Assembly: GCA_965116885.1 (NCBI GenBank)
Contig: OZ220741.1
Location: forward strand, 576,001 to 640,000
Origin: Candidatus Latescibacterota bacterium
GTDB lineage: Bacteria > Latescibacterota > UBA2968
Direction of reading: 5' to 3'
Length of the DNA stretch: 64,000 nt
Numbering within the stretch: the first letter of the stretch is position 1; each line of letters begins with the position of its first letter. The notes beneath the pieces are model-generated. The model worked only from the letters and a program-made list of their open reading frames with translations, had not been told where the DNA came from and did not search any database. A program made the translations under genes and the position numbers. Positions 55,617 through 64,000 of this stretch are shown here, one piece after another.

Positions 55617-57536
55617 ATGGACCCCCGATGGCAAAACCTCCCGCACACCAACACCGAATTCACGCCCGCAACATATCCCGACCGCGAAACCTGGGAACGG
55701 GAACGGGCGAGACTCAAAAAGCAAATCCTCTTTGCCGCTGGACTCTGGCCAATGCCCGAAAAGCTCCCGCTCGACATCCACATCTACGACCGCATTGAAC
55801 GAGACGGGTACACCATCGAAAAAGCCTACTTCCAGAGCTTGCCCAACTTCTACGTAGGCGGCAGCCTCTTTCGCTCCCTCGACCCACAACCCAAAAGCCA
55901 CCCCGGCGTCTTAAGCCCACATGGACATGCACAACTGGGCCGCATACAACACGGGGACACATCCTACCCAGGCCGAGGCATCACCTTTGCTCGAATGGGC
56001 TGCACGGCCTTCATGTGGGACATGGTCGATTACAACGACAGCGCCCGGCACCTCTCCGGCGCATACCAGGAAGAAACCTACAGTATTGTACACCGCGCAC
56101 CCTGGCCCCACAAACAGGACGACCGCATGCTCTGGAACATCGGCATCCTCGGCTTTCAACTCTGGAACAGCATCCGCGCGCTCGACTTCCTCTGCGAACT
56201 CCCCGAAGTCGATACCAACCGCCTGGGCTGCACCGGCGAATCGGGCGGCGGCACCCAAACCTATAACCTCTATGCCGTTGACGACCGCCTGCACGTCGCC
56301 GCACCCGTCTGCATGGTCTCCGCCTACATGCAAGGCGGCTGTGTCTGTGAAAACGCCCCTCTGTTGCGCATCGACACCAACAACGTCGATATCGGCGCCA
56401 CCTTCTCGCCCAAACCCCTCATTCTCGTCAGCTCTTCACAGGACTGGACACAACACACTCCCGACGTCGAATACCCCGCCATCAAACGCATCTACGACCT
56501 CTACGACGCCGACGACCGCATCTCTCAAATCCAGATTGACGCGCCCCACGGCTACAACCTCGAAATGCGAGAAGCCGTGTACCGCTGGTTCGCCCGCTGG
56601 CTCGACCTGCCCATTGGCGACGACTTTCGCGAACCCCCTTTTGAAGTCGAAGAACACAAAAACATGCTCGCCTTCTTCAATGGCCTGCCCGACGGCGCAA
56701 TCACCCAACACGAAGACCTCATCCGCCAGTGCATCGCCGCATCCAAAACCGCACTGGAAACATATCGCCCAAACACCCCCGACGCGCTCGCCGCAAATCG
56801 ACGCATCCTGGGCGAAGCACTGCGCATCACCGTCGGCTACGACAACAGCACCGTCACATATCAACACAACTCTGAAGAAAACGGGACACTCATCGGCAAC
56901 CGTCGCAATGTGCGCGTCCCCATCCGCACCTTCGCACCCGAAACCCCGTCCGGCACATCCACCCTCTTAATCCACCCGCATGGCATGGACGCCCTGTACT
57001 TCCCCATCATCCATGCCCTCCTCGACAAAGGTCAAACCGTCTATGCCATAGATCCCTTCGGCACGGGCCAAAACATCGGCGCAGAAAACCCCGAAGAACC
57101 GCGCGGGGGCGAGAGATTCTTCAACACCTTTAACCGCACCGACGACGCCGAGCGCATATACGACATCACACTCACATTGCGCCACATCCCCGATGGCCCG
57201 GTAAACATCGTCGGCTTTGGCAATGCCGGACTCTGGGCCCTCATCGCAGGTGCAATCACAGAACGCACCGACCTGCAAATCGCATCCGATATCAACGCAT
57301 TCAACACCGCAACCGAGAACGACTACCTCAACCGCCTGCCCATCCCCGGCATACTCAAAGCGGGAGGCTTGCCCAACGCCGCCGCCCTCATCGCCCCGAA
57401 CAACTTGCTCTTGCACAACACGGACGACACCTTCGACACCTCATGGGCAGAAGCGGCCTACGCGCTTTATCCCGAAGCGACCCTGACAGTAAAAAATGAC
57501 CTTGCAAAAAACGAGGACCTGATCGATTTTTTGTAA
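55617..57536 (+). CDS. two-domain alpha/beta hydrolase (acetylxylan esterase-like)
   Basis: PHGH, RALDFL, GESGGGTQ nucleophile, PHGY; second, degenerate hydrolase domain. Confidence 0.8.
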   Translation: MDPRWQNLPHTNTEFTPATYPDRETWERERARLKKQILFAAGLWPMPEKLPLDIHIYDRIERDGYTIEKAYFQSLPNFYVGGSLFRSLDPQPKSHPGVLSPHGHAQLGRIQHGDTSYPGRGITFARMGCTAFMWDMVDYNDSARHLSGAYQEETYSIVHRAPWPHKQDDRMLWNIGILGFQLWNSIRALDFLCELPEVDTNRLGCTGESGGGTQTYNLYAVDDRLHVAAPVCMVSAYMQGGCVCENAPLLRIDTNNVDIGATFSPKPLILVSSSQDWTQHTPDVEYPAIKRIYDLYDADDRISQIQIDAPHGYNLEMREAVYRWFARWLDLPIGDDFREPPFEVEEHKNMLAFFNGLPDGAITQHEDLIRQCIAASKTALETYRPNTPDALAANRRILGEALRITVGYDNSTVTYQHNSEENGTLIGNRRNVRVPIRTFAPETPSGTSTLLIHPHGMDALYFPIIHALLDKGQTVYAIDPFGTGQNIGAENPEEPRGGERFFNTFNRTDDAERIYDITLTLRHIPDGPVNIVGFGNAGLWALIAGAITERTDLQIASDINAFNTATENDYLNRLPIPGILKAGGLPNAAALIAPNNLLLHNTDDTFDTSWAEAAYALYPEATLTVKNDLAKNEDLIDFL

Positions 57537-57544
57537 AAAACCTT

Positions 57545-57577
57545 CTGGATCGCGGCTCAAAAGCATACCGCGATGAC
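57545..57577 (+). repeat. palindromic repeat family B, copy 4
   Basis: CTGGATCGCGGC-tcaaaagcat-ACCGCGATGAC. Confidence 0.85.
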
Positions 57578-57628
57578 GGCTCTATAACGCCTGAAAGCTG
57601 ACCGCTGAACACAAACAGGAAAACAACC

Positions 57629-58864
57629 ATGAACGACCAAATGCAACACGCTCGCGACGTAGCACTCGACATCCTCAAACCATCAAAGCGCGACCTGGAA
57701 CACGGTCTGGAACTTCACGAACACGCCCTCGTCATCGAATCCTACGGCATAGGCCTGCGCTCACCCATCGATCCCGACCCCGTCAACGCTGCCATCGAAG
57801 CAGGCGCGTCTGACCGCGAACTGCAAGACCTCACCGAAGACATGGGCATGACCCGCTGGGCACTCACCCCCGAACTCCGTCGAGAATACCGGGAAATCTG
57901 GCGTGCCTCTGGCGTCACCTGCACCTTTCAAAACGCAGGCGAAGAATGCAACGACCCCCTGCGCCTCATCAAACGCCTTGCCCGACACACGTACAACACC
58001 GACGCCATGTCCGACTTCCTCCAGCGCGCCACCACACCCGACGCCATCGTCGCAGCGCACAAAGCGGGCAAACGCTGCACCTATCTCACCTGCAACGGCA
58101 TTCCACTCGCTGGCGACCAGACCAACCCGGAAGAAGAACTGCGCTTCATCCGCGTCTTTGCACAACTCGGCGCGCGCATGATGCACCTCACGTACAACCG
58201 CCGCAATCCCATCGGAGACGGCTGTGGCGAACCCAACGACGCGGGCTTGAGCGACTTTGGACATGCCACAGTCGCCGAAATGAACCGCCTCGGCATCATC
58301 ATTGACCTCGCCCACACCGGCTGGCAAACCTGCCTCGACACAGCAAAAGCATCCGCACAACCCGTCGTTGTCAGCCACTCCGTCGCCTGCACAGTAAACG
58401 AACACATCCGAAGCAAACCCGACAACATCATCCGCGCGGTACTCGACACCGGGGGCACCATGGGCATCACCAATGTACCCGCATTCCTCGGCGGCAGCGG
58501 CGACATCAGTGCCTTCCTCGACCACATCGACTACGTCGCCAAAACCTTTGGCACCGACGCCGTCACCATCGGCACGGATCGAGGCTACCCCTCTCAATAC
58601 ACCGCCGAAGCCAACCGCAAACTCAACCCCCGTCCCAGACAGCGCAACCGCTGGGAGGCACTCTGGCCGCCCGGAGACCCGCTCCATTCCCCCGAATGGC
58701 GACAACCCCACCAGGGACAAAGCCTCACCTGGACCAACTGGCCCCTCTTCACCGTCGGCCTTGTGCAACGGGGCTACAGCGACGACGACATCGCAAAAAT
58801 CATCGGCGGCAACATCCTCCGCGTAGCTCAGGACGTCTGGAAAAACTCAGCTTACGCGGTCTAA
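57629..58864 (+). CDS. membrane dipeptidase (M19) family amidohydrolase
   Basis: HLTYNRRN, GLSDFG, MNRLGIIIDLAH, SHS, R.KPD, HIDY, IGTD, GGNILRV. Confidence 0.82.
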   Translation: MNDQMQHARDVALDILKPSKRDLEHGLELHEHALVIESYGIGLRSPIDPDPVNAAIEAGASDRELQDLTEDMGMTRWALTPELRREYREIWRASGVTCTFQNAGEECNDPLRLIKRLARHTYNTDAMSDFLQRATTPDAIVAAHKAGKRCTYLTCNGIPLAGDQTNPEEELRFIRVFAQLGARMMHLTYNRRNPIGDGCGEPNDAGLSDFGHATVAEMNRLGIIIDLAHTGWQTCLDTAKASAQPVVVSHSVACTVNEHIRSKPDNIIRAVLDTGGTMGITNVPAFLGGSGDISAFLDHIDYVAKTFGTDAVTIGTDRGYPSQYTAEANRKLNPRPRQRNRWEALWPPGDPLHSPEWRQPHQGQSLTWTNWPLFTVGLVQRGYSDDDIAKIIGGNILRVAQDVWKNSAYAV

Positions 58865-58886
58865 TAAATAAAAAGGGAGAAAAATC

Positions 58887-60014
58887 ATGAGCAAAGCGCG
58901 TCAAATCTACGAAGACCTGGGCGTTGTGCCTGTAATCAACGCATCGGGATATCAGACAGTTATCGGCGGGTCGCGTGTGGGCACAGAAGTGCAAGCCGCA
59001 ATGGACATAGCGAATCGCTACTTTGCGGACATGGAAGCACTACTCAAAAAAACCGGCGCACTCATCGCCGACACCCTCGGCGCAGAAGCGGCAATGGTCA
59101 CACCCGGATGCGCGGCGGCCTTAGCCCTCAGCTCAGCCGCCTGCATGTCGGGCAGCGACCCCGAAAAAATGGAACAATTGCCCGATACAACGGGTATGAA
59201 ACACCACATTCTAATCCAAAAAAAACAGCGGTATCACTACGACCCGGTACTCACTGTTTTCGGCGCTAAACTCATCGAAGTAGGCGATGAAAACGGAACG
59301 ACCGAAGCCCAACTCGAAGCCGCCATATCAGACCAGACCGCAGCCATCCACTATTTTGCCCCGGGAGGCCAGGAAGGCGTCCTATCCCCTGAAGACGTCG
59401 TCCGCATCGCCCACGCCAATGGGATCCCCGTCATCGTCGATGCAGCGAGCCAGGTCTATCCCCTCGAAACCATGCTAAAATATCCCGACATGGGCGCAGA
59501 CCTGATCGGCTACGGCGCCAAATACATCGGCTCGTGTCACTCCACAGGCATCCTGTGCGGGCGCAAAGACCTGATCGACGCCGCCTATCTCCACTCCTTC
59601 ATCGGTTATGAAACCAGCCCCTACGACACCATAGGCCGCCCGCTAAAAGTAGATCGACAAGAAGTCATCGCCGTCGTCGTTGCCCTGCGCGAATGGTTCA
59701 GCATGGACCACGAAGTGCGCCTATCCGGCTACAAACGCAAATCCGAAGCGCTACTCTCAAACCTGAAGGACATCCCCCACATCACAGCCAAATTCTCAGC
59801 CGACGCACGAAGCCTGAGCAATGGCGTACACATCACAGTCGATGAAACCGCACTGGGCAAAACCGCAGCGCAAATCATCGAAGAACTTCGACAGGGCAAT
59901 CCATCTGTATGGACACGCGGCAGTGCAAATACCTTCCGCGTTGCCGTAACAAATTTCATTGAAGACGACCAGGAAATCGTCACCTCACGCCTGCGCGAAG
60001 TATTGACAAAATAA
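58887..60014 (+). CDS. SelA-like (DgaE-type) PLP-dependent enzyme
   Basis: LGVVPVINASG..T.IGGS, GAEAA, PVIVDAA, GAKYIG, IGRPLKVDRQE. Confidence 0.8.
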   Translation: MSKARQIYEDLGVVPVINASGYQTVIGGSRVGTEVQAAMDIANRYFADMEALLKKTGALIADTLGAEAAMVTPGCAAALALSSAACMSGSDPEKMEQLPDTTGMKHHILIQKKQRYHYDPVLTVFGAKLIEVGDENGTTEAQLEAAISDQTAAIHYFAPGGQEGVLSPEDVVRIAHANGIPVIVDAASQVYPLETMLKYPDMGADLIGYGAKYIGSCHSTGILCGRKDLIDAAYLHSFIGYETSPYDTIGRPLKVDRQEVIAVVVALREWFSMDHEVRLSGYKRKSEALLSNLKDIPHITAKFSADARSLSNGVHITVDETALGKTAAQIIEELRQGNPSVWTRGSANTFRVAVTNFIEDDQEIVTSRLREVLTK

Positions 60015-60038
60015 CCTTGCGACACACAATCCCAACAC

Positions 60039-60072
60039 AAAAAACGCCATCAGCAAAATAGCTGATGGCGTT
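60039..60072. terminator. intrinsic terminator between convergent genes
   Basis: AACGCCATCAGC-aaaata-GCTGATGGCGTT with an A run on the left. Confidence 0.8.
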
Positions 60073-60089
60073 CGTGCTTATAACCTCTC

Positions 60090-60875
60090 TCATCCCCGCG
60101 CGAGATCGCGATACGCTCTGAACAGATCTGAATAATAAGCCACAAACATCCACAGATCGCCCACTCCCTTATCGGGGCGTCGCTCGGTCTCTGCCGACAT
60201 GTAGCCCTCATATCCCTTCTCGTGCAACAGCCGGAACAACTCGCGATACGGATAGCCCTGTCCCGCCAGATCGTGCATATGCACATGATCCAACCAGGGC
60301 CATACCGTATCCAGCGCCTGTTTCACAGACCCATCAACCACATCTTGCGGCACCGAATTCCAGACCAACCCAAAATTCTCGTGATCCACCAGCTCAGCCA
60401 CTGCCCTGCACGCCTGCCAATCGAACTCACCGTGCAACTCCAGGCACGGCTTCACCCCCCTCTCAGCACCGTAATCACACAGCGGCTTCAGCGCCTCTGC
60501 CACCTGATCAATCGTCTGTTCTCTGGACACTTCCGTTGGGAAATTATTCCCAAACACGCGCACGCGAGGCGCGCCCAGATCCGATGCCAGATCCATCCGA
60601 ACCATCGTCTGCTCAATATGATCCCGAAGCTCATCCGGATCCGTATCGTGATACCGGTTACCCGTCGCAACACTCATAATATCGATCCCCATCGCCGCGC
60701 AATCTGCCACCACCTGCTCTCGCTCTGCCGCGTCAATCGACGCCTCCACCCCGTGACCGTGCCCCGCATCCGTCCGAAACTCCACCCCTTCAAACCCGTG
60801 ATCCTTCAACATCTGCAACAAATCCCGTCGGGAAAGCGCCTTCAAAACACCATAAGTCATCCACGAAAGTTTCAT
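60090..60875 (-). CDS. sugar phosphate isomerase/epimerase (TIM barrel)
   Basis: GFEGVEFR, VRVFG, LELHG, HVHMHD, GYMSAE. Confidence 0.85.
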   Translation of the reverse strand: MKLSWMTYGVLKALSRRDLLQMLKDHGFEGVEFRTDAGHGHGVEASIDAAEREQVVADCAAMGIDIMSVATGNRYHDTDPDELRDHIEQTMVRMDLASDLGAPRVRVFGNNFPTEVSREQTIDQVAEALKPLCDYGAERGVKPCLELHGEFDWQACRAVAELVDHENFGLVWNSVPQDVVDGSVKQALDTVWPWLDHVHMHDLAGQGYPYRELFRLLHEKGYEGYMSAETERRPDKGVGDLWMFVAYYSDLFRAYRDLARG

Positions 60876-60914
60876 TCTTTTTCTCCTATCTGGTTAAAAC
60901 TAAAAATCCAGAAC

Positions 60915-62024
60915 CTACAACCTATCCACCTGAGTCTCTCCGCTCTTCAACTCTTCCATAAGCTCATCGTATCGATCCCGATCAACTGGCATAGCGACCT
61001 CTTCTTTTCGCAGAGCCGAAAGCACAATCGCGTTAATCAGCTCCAGCGTTCGCCGCGCCGTCACCCCATCTGTAATCGCCTCCCCCCCATCCAGAATCGC
61101 CGAAACAAAACTCTCCACCAATGTTGGACCGCCCTCATCGGACGGCACATCCTCCCAGTTAATATTTGGCTGATGCCCCTTTGCCCCCTTTATAAACGCC
61201 CGCATAGGCGCTTCGTACCGCCCCAATCGAAACACATCTGGCACCTTTGAATTGGCATTCTTCTCATCCCGAAACTCAATCGTACCCAGATCCCCTGAAA
61301 TCTGCCTGTAATTCAACCGCCTATCGCACGTACTCAACTGCACATTCGCATGGGCACCACAGGCAAAACGGATATTGGCAACAACTGTATCCTCAATCTC
61401 CACCCGATGACCCCAATTGCACATCATCGCAGAAACCGCAACCGGATCGCCCACCATCCAGCACAGCAAATCCAGATCGTGACTCGTCTGATTCATCAGC
61501 ACCCCACCCCCTGCGTGCGCCCAGGTACACCGCCATATATCCCGGTCGTAATATACCTCTGGCCGCGTCTCAATCCACATCCACAGCACCCGGTAAATCT
61601 CTCCCAACGCCCCCTCATCAATCAGTCGCTTCAGCGCGCGATTGCCCGGAAACGTGCGATAATTGTGCCCCACCGCCAGCTTCAAATCCCGCGCCTGTGC
61701 CGCCTCGATCATCCTATCCGCTTCGGAAACCGTATTCGCAATCGGCTTCTCCACAAAAGTATGCAACCCCGCCTCCAAACAATCCAACCCCATCGGCGCG
61801 TGCAGATGGTGCGGCGTAGCAATCACCACCGCATCCAGATCCTCGGCCTCGACCATCTCCCGATAATCGCCCCAGGCGCGCGCACCCCGTTCTTCTCCAA
61901 CCTGCCGCGCATAATCCAGATCCAAATCCGCCACCGCCACCAACTCCGCCCGATCCAGCCCTGAAATCTCCCGCACATGTTGCCCGCCCATACCCTTCAA
62001 ACCGACCACACCGAACCTGACCAT
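60915..62024 (-). CDS. Gfo/Idh/MocA family oxidoreductase
   Basis: GVVGLKGMG, IATPHHLH, VEKP, GGGVLMNQTSHDLD. Confidence 0.9.
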   Translation of the reverse strand: MVRFGVVGLKGMGGQHVREISGLDRAELVAVADLDLDYARQVGEERGARAWGDYREMVEAEDLDAVVIATPHHLHAPMGLDCLEAGLHTFVEKPIANTVSEADRMIEAAQARDLKLAVGHNYRTFPGNRALKRLIDEGALGEIYRVLWMWIETRPEVYYDRDIWRCTWAHAGGGVLMNQTSHDLDLLCWMVGDPVAVSAMMCNWGHRVEIEDTVVANIRFACGAHANVQLSTCDRRLNYRQISGDLGTIEFRDEKNANSKVPDVFRLGRYEAPMRAFIKGAKGHQPNINWEDVPSDEGGPTLVESFVSAILDGGEAITDGVTARRTLELINAIVLSALRKEEVAMPVDRDRYDELMEELKSGETQVDRL

Positions 62025-62050
62025 AACGCTCTCCTTTTTACTTTCCTATA

Positions 62051-62079
62051 TTGACAAACAACATATCAATCCATAATAT
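62051..62079 (+). promoter_or_regulatory. sigma70 promoter of the deiodinase-like gene
   Basis: TTGACA-N17-TAATAT. Confidence 0.6.
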
Positions 62080-62105
62080 ATTCAAAAAAACCCGGAGGAC
62101 TCCCC

Positions 62106-62669
62106 ATGTCCAAAACCTTCCAAAATCGCGCCGAAGCCTTTGCCTGGCTCCACCAGCATGACCCCCGTGCGCCCAAAGCCGGGGACCTCGCACCGAACTT
62201 TGAACTATCGGACATCAACGGCGAAAACCCCGTGCGCCTCTCGCAACTATGCAAAGACAAACCCGTTGCACTCATCTTCGGCAGCTTCACATGACCGCCC
62301 TTTGTCCGCGAGGCAGTTAGCTTCCGCGACCTCTATGCAACATATCACAAACAGATCCACTTTCTCGTCATCTACATCCGCGAAGCCCATCCAGAAGACG
62401 GCTGGAAACTCAAAGACACGGGCATCTACGACCCAAAAACCCTTGCGGAACGCCGAAAAGTTGCAAAAACGTGCGAAGATGCCATGCAATACGGCATACG
62501 CACCTACGTTGACGACATAGACGACACCGTCATGAACGACTACGTCGCCTGGCCCGAACGCCTCTACCTGATCGGCACGAACAACCGCATCGCCTATGCG
62601 GGCAAACACGGCCCTTATGGATTCAGCCCCAAAGAACTCAAAGCGGCAATAGATCACATCACCCGTTGA
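62106..62669 (+). CDS. iodothyronine deiodinase-like selenoprotein (UGA codon 63)
   Basis: ORFs 62106-62294 and 62484-62669 are in one open frame across TGA: KPVALIFGSFT-U-PPF...IYIREAHPEDGW...VDD...AWPERLY. Confidence 0.92.
62304..62330 (+). promoter_or_regulatory. SECIS-like hairpin of the deiodinase-like gene
   Basis: GTC(C)GCGAGGC-AGTTA-GCTT(C)CGCGAC, 9 nt after the UGA. Confidence 0.55.
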
Positions 62670-64000
62670 AAATTCTCAAACGCCTCGTCCCAGGCATCCG
62701 TATCCGTCGGGCTATACGTCTTAATCGCAGTAGAAGCGCGCACAACATCCCGCAGTTCATCCAGAGAACCAATCTGCCCCTTGCCCATCGCCTGCATCAA
62801 AAGATTGCCCATTGCAGTCGCCTCAGCCGGCCCCGACAGCACCGCGCGCCCTGTTGCAGAAGCGATAAACTGGCACAAAAGCGTATTGTGTATCCCCCCA
62901 CCCACAATGTGAATATCCCCCAGCGTCTTGCCCAATACATCTTCGAGCTGCCCCAGAACATAGCGACATTTGAGCGCCAGGCTCTCCAGCGCCGTGCGAA
63001 TAATATCCCCCTCACTATCGGGCAACCGTTGACCAGTGCGCCTGCAAAAATCCCGAATGCGGGACGGCATATCCCCTGGCGTACCAAAATCGGCGTGATC
63101 CGGATCGATAAACGACGCGAGCCGATCCGATTCCATCGCCAGCCCCATCAACGCCTCCCACGAATAATCCTTCCCCGCCAACGCCCACACGCGGCGGCAC
63201 TCCTGCACAATCCACAGCCCCGAAATATTCTTCAAAAACCGGATCATATTGTCAACACCGCCCTCATTGGTAAAATTGTGTGCGAGCGCGCGTTTATTAA
63301 TCGCGGGCGCGGGCAGTTCCGCACCCATCAACGCCCACGTGCCACAACTGATATAAACCGCATCGGGTGAAGAAAGGGGCACAGCCGCAACCGCCGACCC
63401 CGTATCGTGACAAGCCGGTGCAATCACATCAATCGGTGCAACACCCATCTCATCTGCAATGCTCCTGCGAACAGGCCCGAGCACCGTACCTGGCGACACC
63501 ACATCCGGAAGCATATCCGTGGGAATATCCAGCGCATTGAGCATTGATTTTGCCCAGGCATTCTCGCGCGGATTGAAGAACTGCGTGGTAGTTGCATTGG
63601 AATACTCACACACCTTCATACCGGTGAACCAGAAATTGAACAAATCGGGCATCGTGAGAAACGTGCGCGCAATATCGAGCTGGGGCGACTGCGCGAGCCG
63701 TTGCGCGAGCAACTGATACAGCGTGTTAAGCTCCATAAACTGAATACCCGTCTGCTCGAAAATCTCCTCGCGAGAAACCCGCTCAAACGCGACATCCATC
63801 ATCCCCTGAGTGCGCGCATCGCGGTAACAAAAGGGATTGCCGAGCAAATTGTCCTGCGCGTCGAGCAAGCCATAATCAACACCCCACGTATCACAGCCCA
63901 TACCATTGAGTGGTTCCCCAGACCGAACCGCGAGACGCAACCCCGTACACATCTCGTCAAACAGCCGCAGCGCGTCCCAATAATAATGATTGCCAACAGG
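62654..64000 (-). CDS. rhaB: rhamnulokinase / FGGY carbohydrate kinase (5' end outside the window)
   Basis: DTWGVDYGLLD, YRDART, NTLYQL, HDTGSAV, NFTNEGG, ESLALK, GPAEATAMGN. Confidence 0.85.
   Translation of the reverse strand, partial: PVGNHYYWDALRLFDEMCTGLRLAVRSGEPLNGMGCDTWGVDYGLLDAQDNLLGNPFCYRDARTQGMMDVAFERVSREEIFEQTGIQFMELNTLYQLLAQRLAQSPQLDIARTFLTMPDLFNFWFTGMKVCEYSNATTTQFFNPRENAWAKSMLNALDIPTDMLPDVVSPGTVLGPVRRSIADEMGVAPIDVIAPACHDTGSAVAAVPLSSPDAVYISCGTWALMGAELPAPAINKRALAHNFTNEGGVDNMIRFLKNISGLWIVQECRRVWALAGKDYSWEALMGLAMESDRLASFIDPDHADFGTPGDMPSRIRDFCRRTGQRLPDSEGDIIRTALESLALKCRYVLGQLEDVLGKTLGDIHIVGGGIHNTLLCQFIASATGRAVLSGPAEATAMGNLLMQAMGKGQIGSLDELRDVVRASTAIKTYSPTDTDAWDEAFENFQRVM

Noticed and set aside
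58887..60014. selA (selenocysteine synthase), given the nearby selenium genes
   Set aside because: At 375 aa it lacks the SelA N-terminal domain, and its motifs fit the SelA-like/DgaE family

Overview
Bacterial chromosomal window rich in carbohydrate and sulfate-ester catabolism: four Cys-type sulfatases, three Gfo/Idh/MocA oxidoreductases, three TIM-barrel epimerases, GH2, dgoD, a rhamnulokinase and a PhyH dioxygenase. It also carries central metabolism genes (korAB, gltA), msrP and a partial polX. The ORF track misses a selenium system: tRNA-Sec (selC), a Sec-containing SelD, a secreted Sec-redoxin and, 30 kb away, a Sec-containing deiodinase-like protein, each with an in-frame UGA followed by a SECIS-like hairpin. 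Several small accessory cassettes are interspersed. Two of them are bracketed by a duplicated 3' end of the neighbouring host gene with no integrase in view: (i) a GPP34/GOLPH3-cytochrome P450 fusion plus an Stf3-like sulfotransferase, and (ii) a lipoprotein plus a solitary type I-C-like CRISPR repeat, followed by a toxin-antitoxin array with orphan antitoxins. Other features are a sigma54-driven orphan ABC permease, a 20-repeat internalin-like LRR protein, a KorB-CBS fusion, a frameshifted methyltransferase and several families of small intergenic palindromic repeats. The gene content resembles sponge-associated or marine Latescibacterota/Poribacteria-type genomes (inference only). All family assignments come from motif recognition by eye; no database search was run.
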